Positions 17,873 through 28,177 of a stretch of 33,136 bases of DNA are shown here, one piece after another. A program made the position numbers and the translations under genes. The stretch's first letter is position 1. Each line of letters starts with the position of its first letter. Under the pieces are notes generated by a model, which ran no database searches, had not been told where the DNA came from, and saw only the letters and a list, made by a program, of their open reading frames with translations. Origin of the DNA: Prasinococcaceae sp. CCMP 1430 (lineage: Eukaryota; Plantae; Prasinodermophyta); NCBI GenBank assembly GCA_013416795.1, contig RQSC01000399.1, forward strand, positions 17,213 to 50,348. The letters run 5' to 3'.

Positions 17873-19959
17873 CGTCCCAGCTGAGGACGGCGGCGTCGTA
17901 GCTGCCGCTGAAGAGGCGATCGTCGCGGTCGGACAGCGCGAGCACGCGCACGGCGTCCTCGTGGCCGTGCAGCACGCGCACGCAGCGCCAGTCGCGCGTG
18001 TCCCACACGCGGACGCAGGCGTCGTAGCTGCCCGAGAACAGCAAGCCCGGGCACCCCACGAGCGCAAGCACCATGTCGCAGTGGCCCTGGAGCACGGCGA
18101 GGCATGAGAGGCTTCGCGTGTCCCACACGCGAACCGAAAAGTCCCAGGAGCCGCTGAAGAGCTGCTCGCCACGCGACGCGAGCACGCGCACCATGTCGGT
18201 GTGCCCGGTCATCTCGCCCAGCGGTTCGAGGCTGTCGACGTCCCATGCGCGCACGGTGAAGTCGTCCGAGCCGCTGAAGAGCCGGCCCCCGGCAAACTCG
18301 AGCGCGCGCACCATTGCCGTGTGTCCAAGCAACGTCTTTTTGAGCTCGAAGGTGCCCGCGTCCCACGCGCGCACCGTCGAGTCGTAGCTCGCGCTGAACA
18401 CCAAGCCGCGCTCGGGGCACACCGCCAGGTCGCGCACGGCGTCTGTGTGATCGCTCATAACGCCCTCGCACACGAGCGTGTCCGCGTGCCAGCAACACAC
18501 TGTCGTGTCGTAGCTCGCGCTAAACACGCGAGTGCCACACACCGCGAGTCCGCGCACGGCGTCCGTGTGCCCCTCGAGCGTTTTGAGATGCTGCAGCGTA
18601 TCCGCGTTCCACACGCGCACTGTGCCATCGTAGGCGCCACTGAACACCCGTCCGTTCACGCCCGCCAATGCCAGCACGGAGCCGCTGTGCCCGCGCATGA
18701 CGCCAAGTAGCTCCAGCGTGCTTCCGTCCCACACGTGGACGTTGGTGTCCTTGGAGCCGCTGAATAAGCGGCCCTGGTAACACAGCAGCGCCCACACCTC
18801 GTCCATGTGTGTGTTCGGCAGGGTGTTTGGGGGTCGGTCGTACCACTCGTCCACGTCCGTGCCAACGCCGTCGACAGCCCCGCGTGTCCCTCGCTGCGGC
18901 GGCGTGTGCTCCTGCCCGTGCCCAATGCGCTGCGTTTGCGTCCGCATCTGGTGCTGCCTCGCGCCGCGTCGCTCCTGGGCGCTCGCGACGGCGCTACCGG
19001 CCGGGGCGCGGATCGCGCTCGAATCGACGCGCCCGAGACGTCCCTGCATGGCGGCGCTCGGCGCCGGCAGCTCGACGCCGTGCTCGGCCGCCCACTCGCG
19101 CACAAGCGCGCGCACGGCAAGATTAGGTACGACCATCACCTCGCTCCTGTGCCTTCCCAGAGATTGACGCGTGGATGGGCATGTGAAGTCACCTGCGGCG
19201 CATAAAAAAAAGAAAAGCGGCGAACAGGTGCGGGCATGCGTCCGCATGTGTCCGAGAGCAGGAGTCAGCCGAGTGGGCAGGAGGGCGACGACGGCGGTAA
19301 AAGGCACGACTAGTCGCACGCATGCAGCGATTGCGCTTTGCGCGCGGCGCACGCGCCTTCATCGAACCACCGCTCCAGGCATGCGCGGTCGTACGTGTGC
19401 CCCGTCGCGACAAGCACGGGCTCCGCCATCACATCGAGGCAGATCGGGCACTGCAACGAGTCTGGAACTGGCGGTCGGGACGACCGACCTGCACCGCTAC
19501 CTCGGCCACCGGCGTCGCCATCGCTCCCGCCGTCGGGAGCGTGATCTACGCCAGGGGGATGCGCGAGCGCGGTCCACAGCGCCAGGGAGCGTCAGAGCGC
19601 CGAGAGGCAAGCGAGGACACGCAGGCGCGCGCCAAGCATGTTCGAGCGCCCCCGGTGCGCAAGCGCGCAAGCCACGCACCATTGGATTCTGTTTCTGACG
19701 CGCGCTTGGGTTCGTAGACGGCGTCCGTGGACGGCCCGGCCCCATCCGCAGCCCCTGTGTCACTCGCGCCCGGGACGTCGGCCTCTTGCCCGTTCATGTG
19801 CTCTGAGGAATTCAACGCGGGTGCGGTGCGCTGCAGCGCGCCGCGCACGCGGCTGAACAACGTCGCGCCACGCCCTTCACGCCGGCTACCGTCCGCGGTG
19901 CCTGCTGTTTCTCGCCTGCGCTCCGCGGGGTCCGCGCCCGCGCTCTGAGGCGCCGCCAT
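17868..19959 (-). CDS. U-box + WD40-repeat E3 ubiquitin ligase (exons 19959-19680, 19545-19357, 19192-17868)
   Basis: Spliced U-box PDSLQCPICLDVMAEPVLVATGHTYDRACLERWFDEG|DFTCPSTRQSL...PNLAVRALVREW, followed by about 8 GH...LFSGS.D..VRVWD repeats. Introns are GT-AG (134 nt) and GC-AG (164 nt). Confidence 0.88.
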
Positions 19960-20351
19960 CCGCCGAGCACGGTCCCTGCGGGAGCGCCACGCGCGCGCGC
20001 GCCGAGAAAATATCTGCGCCGCTGCCGCGCACCCGCGCCACAGCACACGCCCCGCAGCCGCGGCCGCGCGCGCCCGCTCGAGGGGGGCAGGGCAGAGGCC
20101 GACACGCGCGCGGCCGGAGCGGAGGGAGGGACGAGGGAAAGAGGGGGGGTGGGGGAGGCCAGGCCCAGCGGGAGGCCGGGCCTCGCACCGCCGCGCACGC
20201 GGTGTGGCTGCCGGCAGCGCCGGCGAACACCCCCTGAAAAAAAAAGTAATATCCGCGCAAAAGGAAAAAAAAACGCCGCTGTCGGCGGCGGCGCCACTCC
20301 GCGCGCCCGCGCGCGAGGGGCGCCTTCGCCGCGGGCGCGGAGGCGGCGGCG

Positions 20352-23300
20352 ATGGAGGCGTTCGGTGTCGACGCGGCGAAAGGCGTGGATGATGGCGACG
20401 GCGAGCCCAGGGTGGGTGGGCGCGAGCGGGCGCGCCTCCTTCCCTCGCGCGCCTCATGCGCTCGTGCGCGCGCGGACGCGGGCTGACGCGGGCGCTCGCC
20501 GCGGCGCCGGGCGGGTTCCCCGCGATTGCCGCCCCTGTGCCGCGCGCAGCTCTTCCGCGAGCCCGCGCGCTGGTACGCCCGCCGCGCGCACGACCACGCC
20601 TTTGCGACCTTCGCGGCAGTGTGGGGCGTGGTGCTGCTCCACGTCGTCGCGGGCGGCGCCTTCTTCAAGCAGACCGAGAGCTCTGACTACGACTGGCTTG
20701 TAGGGACCGACCCGATCGTGCAGAGCTCGTACGCGCTCACCGAGATGCAGAACGCGGCCGCGGACTTTGCGACGGTGCCTGAGCGCTCGGTCGGCTCCGA
20801 AACGCAGATGGTGAACTTTGTCTTCATGGCACAAGACGGCGTAGACAACCTGCTCACCCCCGAGGGCATTGAGTACATGCTCTCCGTGGAGTTGGAGCTG
20901 CTGGAGGCGCACAACTTCACGTCGGTATGCATGCTTGAGGTGGGGGCGGTGCCCGCCGAGGGTTTCCCGTTCGAGTGCAAGCGCGGTGAGAGCGCAGTCT
21001 CGCTGCTCAATCTCTTCTACGACGTGCGCGTCGGCATCGGCGCAAGCGGCGAGCCGTATGTGTCGTATGACGCGATCGTACCCTCCGGTGGTGGCTCCCC
21101 ATATGTCGCCAGCGCCGCGGGCGTCACCGGGCGCGTTGCTGAGGCGCTCGCCGACGGAACGCAGGGCTTCGTGTATCGTGCGCTGCTCGCAGGGGAGGGC
21201 GTCGCCGACGCTGAGCCGACCGCCACCGCCGTGCAGGCGTTCTACAGGCTTGGCTTGCCACTGGCAGGCTACCTCAACCCGCAGGACGAACGTGAGGAGC
21301 AAGAGAAGCTCGGCGATGCTGTGATCACGGACATGGAGACAGCGCTGTTCGACCGCTTCGGCATGAAGGAGTCCTTCGGGCGCTCGGCGTATCAGACGGC
21401 CGCCGTTGAAGAGCTGCCGGGCGGCGGCTCTGTCAGGGTCCGATGGTGGTCTATGCCGCTGCAGCAGGTACGCCGAGCGAGAAGGCACGCGCCCGCGCGC
21501 CGCGTCCGCGCCCTACTGCATACACGCGCCATGCCGGGTACTGACAGGAGGAGTGCGCGCTGCCGCGATGTTTCGATGGTTCCCACAGGCTCAGTGGGAG
21601 GGTCTGTCGTTCAAGGACCTCAGCTGGACTATCCTGTGCATCGTCTGCGTGTACTCGTACATTGCCATCCACACGCGCTCGCTTGTGATGGCGTCCGTCG
21701 CAATGTGGGAGATCGTCCTGTCGATTTTTGTTGCGTTCTTCTGGCACCGCCTGGTGTTCCAGGTGCGCTTCTTTCAATTCATCAACTTCTTGATCGTGTT
21801 CGTGGTTTTGGGCATCGGCGCAGATGACGTCTTTGTCTTCATCGATGCCTATCGTCAGTCGGGCGCGGAGCTCCGCGCGCTGGGCAAGCCCGAGACGCTC
21901 GCTGATCGCCTGCTCCACACTATGCGGCGCGCATCGACCGCCATCTTCGTGACTTCGCTCACCACAGCCGCTGCATTTCTCGCGACCGCCATCACGCCGC
22001 TGAAGCCGCTTCAGTCCTTTGGCATCTTCTCGGCCCTGGTCATCCTGTGTGTGCTCTGGATGAATCTGCTGATCATGCCCCCCATGATTGTGCTCTATGC
22101 TCGCAACTTCGAGAATAGGACCGTAGGCGAGTCAATGAGGGCGCTCTGCGGGCTGTGGGTCTGCGGCAAAGGCGCTGCGCCGTACGAGGATCCGGGCCTC
22201 CGTTTGCCTGACGTCGCCACTACCGGCAGGGGAAGAACCAACGACGCGGCCACTTGCCACACCGAGAGTGACAGTTCGAAGCACACGGCAGACACCACAA
22301 GCTCCCAAGCTGGGTCTCGCGGGCGGTGCGAGACCACGAGCGCACCGGCGCTCGATGCGGCCTCGCTTCGCCCGCTTGAGCGCTTCTTCTACGGACCGTA
22401 CTCGTCTGCCCTGCGCAAGCCGATCGTGCGCGCGTCGATCATCCTCGCCTTCACCGCGCTGTTGTCGGTCGGCATTTACCTATGGACTGGCATCCAGCCG
22501 CCCTCGGAGCCCGAGGAGTGGTTCCCTTCTAGTCACATGATGCAGCAGTACCAGGACATCGTCAGCTCGAAAGTGTTCCCCCAGGCAACGGGCCAGGGGC
22601 GCGTTCTTGAGGTCAATGTGCTGTGGGGGCTCGAGAGAGTCAGCCGCAAGGGCGTCGATCCGTGGGACCCCGCCGATGTGGGGCGAGTGGTGTACGACGA
22701 CGCTTTCGATCCCTCGACCGCTGCCGCGCAGGCGCATCTCATGGACGCTTACGCCAAGCTAAAGGTTGCACCGTGCGGCGTTCGGGCATGCACAGGCGGA
22801 GTTCTCCTGAACCCGAACGAGCACGTGCTAAACATCGTCGCTGAGTATGTGGACGGAACTACGGAGGTTGCGGGGGGCATGTACCACTGGCTGCGCACGG
22901 TAAAAGGCGCGCAGTACGCGGGCGCGCACCCAGAGGACGCGCCCATCGTAGGCAACGAGTTCACGCGGAATCTGTGCGAGTTTTCGAATCTTGTGAGTAG
23001 CAAGTTGAAGTATCCGCAGCACGTGGGCTTCGACTCGGACGAGTGCTCCGAGGCGAATGCCACATTCATGCTCATCGAGGGCGTAAGCTCCGTGCGCATG
23101 CCCCAGGCTCCTAGGGACTTCAACGAGGCGCAGGACGAGTGGAACGCGTGGATGGGTGAGATGAACGCCGAGGCGCCGCCAGAAATGTCGCGGGGCGTCG
23201 AGACTTCAACCAACCTCTTCTGGCTGTGGTCTGTGACGTCCATCACGCTGGTCTCGACAGTGTATCAAGGCATGAGCATCGTGTTCCCCTTCGTTTTCGT

Positions 23301-23817
23301 CGTGCTTCTCTTGTCGACCTCGAACGTGTGGCTGGCGCTGTACTCGACGCTCACCATTCTGGGCATCGTCGTCACTGTGATTGGTGTCGGGGCAGCCGGT
23401 CTAATGGGCTGGGATCTCGGCACGGCGGAAATCATCGCAGCGGTGATCATTATTGGCTTTTCGGTCGACTATTGTGTGCACCTGGCCAACGCCTACACAG
23501 AGAGCGGCGCGCGCACCCGCAGCTCGCGCATGCAGATCGCGCTCACCACTATGGGCATCAGCGTGACGGCAGGTGCCATCACGACGGTGTTTGCGGGCGT
23601 CTTCTTGTGGCTATGCATCCTGACCTTCTTCGTGAAGTTCGCATTCCTTATTGTCTGGACCATATGCTCAAGCTTTGCGTGGGCAGTCCTGTTTTTCCCC
23701 GCGTTGTGCATGACCATCGGCCCCGAGGGCTCGCAGGGAGACATTTCGCCACTCAAGCGCAAGCTCTATGCGCTCGCGTGCGGCCGCGGGAAAGCAGCCG
23801 CGACGGACTCCGCGTAG
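20352..23817 (+). CDS. Patched/Dispatched-family sterol-sensing-domain (RND) membrane transporter, ~1068 aa (exons 20352-20411, 20550-21467, 21589-23817)
   Basis: Two hydrophobic TM clusters with VVLGIGADDVFVF and IIIGFSVDYCVHLANAY, separated by large loops. Both introns are GT-AG, phase 0, with CTGAC. Confidence 0.88.
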
Positions 23818-23925
23818 CCTGCCCCGCACGCGCAAATTCCACTATTCATGCAGTTGCCTGCACTCAAGTGGCAGGGGCGTAACAAATCACATTCTCATCC
23901 CTTATTAGTCAGTCTACTCGGTAGG

Positions 23926-26037
23926 TCAGCTGCGCTTCAGGGCGGCGGAGCTCTTCGCACGCGCGGCCGCAGCAGCCGCTGCGGCCGACGCAGCCGCGAT
24001 GGCCGCAGCTGCTGCCGCAGCCGCGGCTGATTTCGCCTTCGGCTTGACGGCGGCAGGTGCCGCCCGAACGGCCGCGTTTAGAGGAGGCGCCCCGTTGCTT
24101 GCCCGAGCGCCGCTCGCAGGTGCGCTCTTGGCAAGAGTAGCGGCGGCGGTAGCCGCCGCAGCCGCAGCCGCGGCGGCGGTCGCCCGCGGAGTCTTTTGCT
24201 TTGCCGCTGCAGAGCGCTGCAAGTTGACGGCGGCGGCAGCGGCCGCGGCGGCCGCCGCCGCCGCTGGCGACGGTGCCTTCTCGGTGGCCACAGCAGCACC
24301 GGCGCCCCTCGTGGCCGTCTGCGCATGCGCAACAGCCGATGGAGCTTTGTACATGAGCGCTGCCACTGCCGACGTCGGCGCTGCGGGCACCGTCGTCCCA
24401 GAACCGGCGCCTTCTTCGACGCGCTCGCCGCTGACTGCTCGCTTGATTAGGCTCATGGCTTCGTCGCGGCCCTCCGCGGTCTCGGCGCGCACGTCGACGG
24501 TCTGGAAGCCCGAGCCACCCACCTCCTTGTGGAGCGTCACCATAGCGCACGCGGCGCGGCGGATGTGCTTGATGCGCACCCCGCCCTTCCCGACTAGCTT
24601 GCCAGCCTGGAATCGGCCGATGGTCGTGCTCCCCGTGTACGCGTACGTTATGCGCGCGTACGACTTGACTTCCACAAGGGAGAAGCTCATGGACGCCAAG
24701 TCACCGGTGGGCTGCTGTGCGCCGCCCGCCACGCCCTCGCCGTCCGCGCCCAGCCACAGCGGCGCCGAGCACCGCTTGAAGCCATCCTCGTCGGGCCAGT
24801 ACGCATCGCTGCGAGTGCCCGCGAGCGCCTCGAACGCCGCGACCGCCTTCTCTTCGGTCTCGAACTCAACGAAGGTGCTCCCGCGCTTCGGAGCCTCCGA
24901 TCCCTGGGCGCCGTTCCTGTCGCCCTCTCCGCCCCTGCCGCCTCGTCCCCTGCCCTTGCGCTCGCTCGCAGTCCACTTGATCGCGCGGAACGCCACGATA
25001 TCCTCGGCGTGCGTGCCAAACATGGTGCGGACGGACGCCTCGGTGGCCGCCTCCGGCAGGTTCATCACCGTCAGGCGGCGGCCGTAGTGCGCGGGCAGCC
25101 CCTGGAGGAACGTGGCCTTGCGCACGGCCGCGGCGTATTCCGCATCGCTCATGCCCTCTCCGCGTCCCGACGCCAACCGCTGCACGAGTCGCGCCGCCCA
25201 CTCGGCATCCTCCACACTGTCGTGCTGCGTGTGCGCGCCTCCCGCGCGAAAGGCGTTCGCGCCGCCCTGGTCGCCAGGCGCCGCGTCCTTCGCCTCCTGC
25301 GGAAACATGTGCGACACCACGTCGTTCAGCGAGAGCGTCCACTTGGGAAATCCGGCCACCTCGAAGAGCGCCGCAGTGTCGACGACGTTGGAGTGCCACA
25401 GCTGGAGCGCCTTGAGGTCGCTTTCCAGCGAGTGCCCCGCAATGTAGTCCGAGGCGCGCACCTGCTCGACCACGCGCGCGCGCGCGTCTTCCAGGCTGAG
25501 CGTGGCGTCCTCGATGTGACTCCGCTCGATGCCGCTCACTGCCGTGCGGTAGTCCACGACGGCATCGGCGCCGCCCGGCGGCTGCACGTACTCGTCGAGC
25601 ACGCTGCGCGCCGTTCCGTCCGCACCGAGCTCCACCACGGACACTCGCGCGAGCGCACTCACCCCGTCCTTCACGCCGACCATCTCGCAGTCGAGGCCAA
25701 AGAGCCGCGGCTGCGCGTCCGCATCGCCGCCGGTGACCTCCCAGCCTCCCGCATTGGCCGCGTCGTGCGCGGCGCCGAGGCGCGCCCCCCACTGCGAGCT
25801 CTGGCGGCAGCGCGACGCGAGCTCGGCCAGCGCCAGCCTGCCCGCGGCATCCCACCGCTCGACCTTTGCATCTCGCTCGTGCGCTCCCTCGCCGGCCTGC
25901 CCCCCCCCGCCGCCGCCCTCGGCCTCCTCCGCCCCGTGCGGCCGATGCTCGGCCTCCGCACCCCCCCCCACACACACACAAGCCGCGCGGCCAGCCGCCG
26001 CCGCGCTTGCTTCCGTTCTTCCGGCGATCAATTCCAC
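23926..26037 (-). CDS. DEDDh 3'-5' RNA exonuclease (REX/SDN-like) + RRM + KH domain + Ala/Lys-rich tail; start codon unresolved
   Basis: Exo motifs GLDCEMVG, GHSLESDL and HDSVEDA are intact; RRM-like LTVMNLP...STFVEFETEEKAVAAF; KH-like AGKLVGKGGVRIKHIRRAA. The open frame begins at GTG 26037, with no in-frame ATG before DCEM. Confidence 0.82.
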   Translation of the reverse strand: MELIAGRTEASAAAAGRAACVCVGGGAEAEHRPHGAEEAEGGGGGGQAGEGAHERDAKVERWDAAGRLALAELASRCRQSSQWGARLGAAHDAANAGGWEVTGGDADAQPRLFGLDCEMVGVKDGVSALARVSVVELGADGTARSVLDEYVQPPGGADAVVDYRTAVSGIERSHIEDATLSLEDARARVVEQVRASDYIAGHSLESDLKALQLWHSNVVDTAALFEVAGFPKWTLSLNDVVSHMFPQEAKDAAPGDQGGANAFRAGGAHTQHDSVEDAEWAARLVQRLASGRGEGMSDAEYAAAVRKATFLQGLPAHYGRRLTVMNLPEAATEASVRTMFGTHAEDIVAFRAIKWTASERKGRGRGGRGGEGDRNGAQGSEAPKRGSTFVEFETEEKAVAAFEALAGTRSDAYWPDEDGFKRCSAPLWLGADGEGVAGGAQQPTGDLASMSFSLVEVKSYARITYAYTGSTTIGRFQAGKLVGKGGVRIKHIRRAACAMVTLHKEVGGSGFQTVDVRAETAEGRDEAMSLIKRAVSGERVEEGAGSGTTVPAAPTSAVAALMYKAPSAVAHAQTATRGAGAAVATEKAPSPAAAAAAAAAAAAVNLQRSAAAKQKTPRATAAAAAAAAATAAATLAKSAPASGARASNGAPPLNAAVRAAPAAVKPKAKSAAAAAAAAAIAAASAAAAAAAARAKSSAALKRS

Positions 26038-26243
26038 CCCTTTCCGTTCATCTACGTCACTTTACATCTCTAAAAGACACATTTAGCGCATTCGCAGTCG
26101 AATTCTGAGGAGCGATGAATGCCATCAAAATACCAATAGCGTCAAAAACAAAAAGAATTGATAGGTCAGAATGCGTGGAGAGGGACCCTTTAATCTTTTT
26201 GTTGTTTTTTTGTTGCGAACTTGCGCGGGCGTGCGCATTCGGG

Positions 26244-26257
26244 TTTTAGGGTTCGCG
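26244..26257 (+). promoter_or_regulatory. Telo-box-like motif in the exonuclease/ERD2 bidirectional promoter
   Basis: TTTTAGGGTTCGCG, identical to 10887-10900. Confidence 0.5.
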
Positions 26258-26278
26258 ATTTAATGCATTTATACGTAT

Positions 26279-26315
26279 CATTTTGGTTCATTTTGATTCA
26301 TTTTGGATCATTTTG
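26279..26315. repeat. Short 10-bp tandem repeat CATTTTG[GA][TA]T, ~3.7 copies
   Basis: CATTTTGGTT CATTTTGATT CATTTTGGAT CATTTTG in an AT-rich bidirectional promoter. Confidence 0.85.
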
Positions 26316-26607
26316 CTGCGAGGGTGTTTTGATCTGTCCTTTTTTCTAGAAGGGTTTACACTAAATCCTTCCGAGGGCTCTCTCAATTTGATATAAAATG
26401 TTTCCAACCCCAACTCGGGACATGCATACGTACGTAGGATCACTGGTTTTTTAATTAAAAAAAAAAATGTTTTGGTTTTCCCCCCCTGCGTGCCGGAGCC
26501 GGAGGCGGTGGCGCCGGCGCTGAGGGCCGCGGCGCCGCAGGGGAGCGTGGTGGCGGGGTCGGCGAGGACAGAGACCGGGCCCGCTCGCGCCCGCCGCCGC
26601 GGCGGAC

Positions 26608-27783
26608 ATGGGCACCGACGGGCTGGACAAGTCGGGCGGCGCCATCCCGCGCGCGATCAAGGCGGTGCGCGGGGCGAGCGTCGGCGCCAAGGCGGGCATG
26701 CTCGTCGGCCTGGCGATCGCGTCGCTGCTCTTCATGTACTTCGTGCTTGAGGATCACGACGTGTTGTTTGTGCTCGCCGAGTGCGTCCACGTGTCGGGCA
26801 TAGGGGCGCTCGTGTATAGGCTGGGCAAGGTGAGAGCGCCGCGCGCGCTCGCAACGCGCTACAGACAGTCCGTGCGCCTCCCCCTGCCACGCGCGCGCAC
26901 GCCCGGTCCCGGCTCGCGCGGGCGATCGACCAGCGCGCAGCACAGGCGCGCGGCGCGCGCCGGCCGCGGCTTCAGCGTCGCGCCCGCTGACGTCCGCGCT
27001 CCGCCCCGCACGGCCCCACGGCCCGCCGCCGCCCGCCGTCCTGGCCCGGCCCGGGTTGTTGGCTCGCCGGACGCGCGTTCGCGTCAACACCCCCGCCCAC
27101 GCCTGCGCGCGTCCCTCGGCGCCGCCCTTCGATGCCCTCGCGCCGGCACGCCCGCACGCCCGCCACGGTAGACTGGGACGTGCGCCGGCCTGAGCCGCAC
27201 GTCGCAGGAGCTCACCGCCCTCTTCCTGGGGGTGCGGCTGTACTGCAGCGCGGTGATGGAGCAGGACATACACACGCTGCTCGACCTGGCCACGCTGGCG
27301 GGCACGGGCTTCGTCATCTTCATGATGCGCTTCAGGCTGGGCGCGTCGTACTCCAGGGAGCTCGACAGCGTTCCGCACCTGGTTGTGGTCTTGCCGTGCG
27401 TGGTGCTGGCGATAATCGCGCACCCCTTCACGGTGCACTGGATGGGCCACCGCGTGCTGTGGGCGTTCGCCGTGTACCTCGAGGCGGTGAGCGTCGCGCC
27501 GCAGGTGCGGATGATGCAGCGCGCGCAGGTGGTGGAGAAGTTTACCGCCTTCTACGTGTTCGCGCTGGGCGCCTCGCGATTCCTCAGCTGTGCGCACTGG
27601 CTGCTGCAGGTGCTCGACCCGAACTCCTTCCTGCGCACCGCGCTCGGCTCGGGCCTCTGGCCCGTCGCCGTGCTGCTCAGCGAGATCGTGCAGACCTTCA
27701 TCCTCGCCGACTTCTGCTACTACTACGTCAAGTCGGCCGCCTTGGGCGAGTCCGTCATGCGCCTGCCCACCGGCGTCGTCTGA
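26608..27783 (+). CDS. ERD2: ER lumen protein-retaining receptor-related protein (plant ERD2-related/ERP type; exons 26608-26829, 27172-27783)
   Basis: TCAGLSRTSQELTALFLGVRLYCS, YLEAVSVAPQ, ALGASRFLSCAHW, VQTFILADFCYYYVKS and C-terminal RLPTGVV*. The intron is GT-AG, phase 0. Confidence 0.92.
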
Positions 27784-27905
27784 GCGCGTGTGGCAGCGCG
27801 TGTGGGAGCGAATGTGGGAGCAAATGTGCTCGCCTCGGGGATGTGAAGGGGTGGTGTGGAATAATGGGCCGCGCGACGGACAGTCTCGCGCGCGCGCGCG
27901 GCGCG

Positions 27906-27910
27906 TGTAA
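27906..27910 (+). terminator. TGTAA polyadenylation signal of the ERD2-related gene
   Basis: About 120 nt after the stop. Confidence 0.55.
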
Positions 27911-28149
27911 CGGTGGGAGCAAGCATGCACGAAACGCGCCTCCACCCGCGCGCCCTCGTGTGTGTGCGCGAGCGCGCGTGTGGGCGTGTCTGCCTGCGAC
28001 CGGTGACGTACGAGCGTCGTTGGCGCGGGCGTGTGTCAATGTGTGTGCGTGTGCGAGCGAGCGCGACGCCTGCACTCCTTGCACGCGCGCACGTGCACGT
28101 GCCGCCGCGCTTCTCTCTCCCCAGCGGACGTCCCGTGTGCGGGGCTGCC

Positions 28150-28154
28150 TTACA
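28150..28154 (-). terminator. TGTAA polyadenylation signal of the KsgA-like gene
   Basis: About 25 nt after the stop. Confidence 0.55.
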
Positions 28155-28177
28155 GTCGCCGCGGCGCCACGCGTGGC

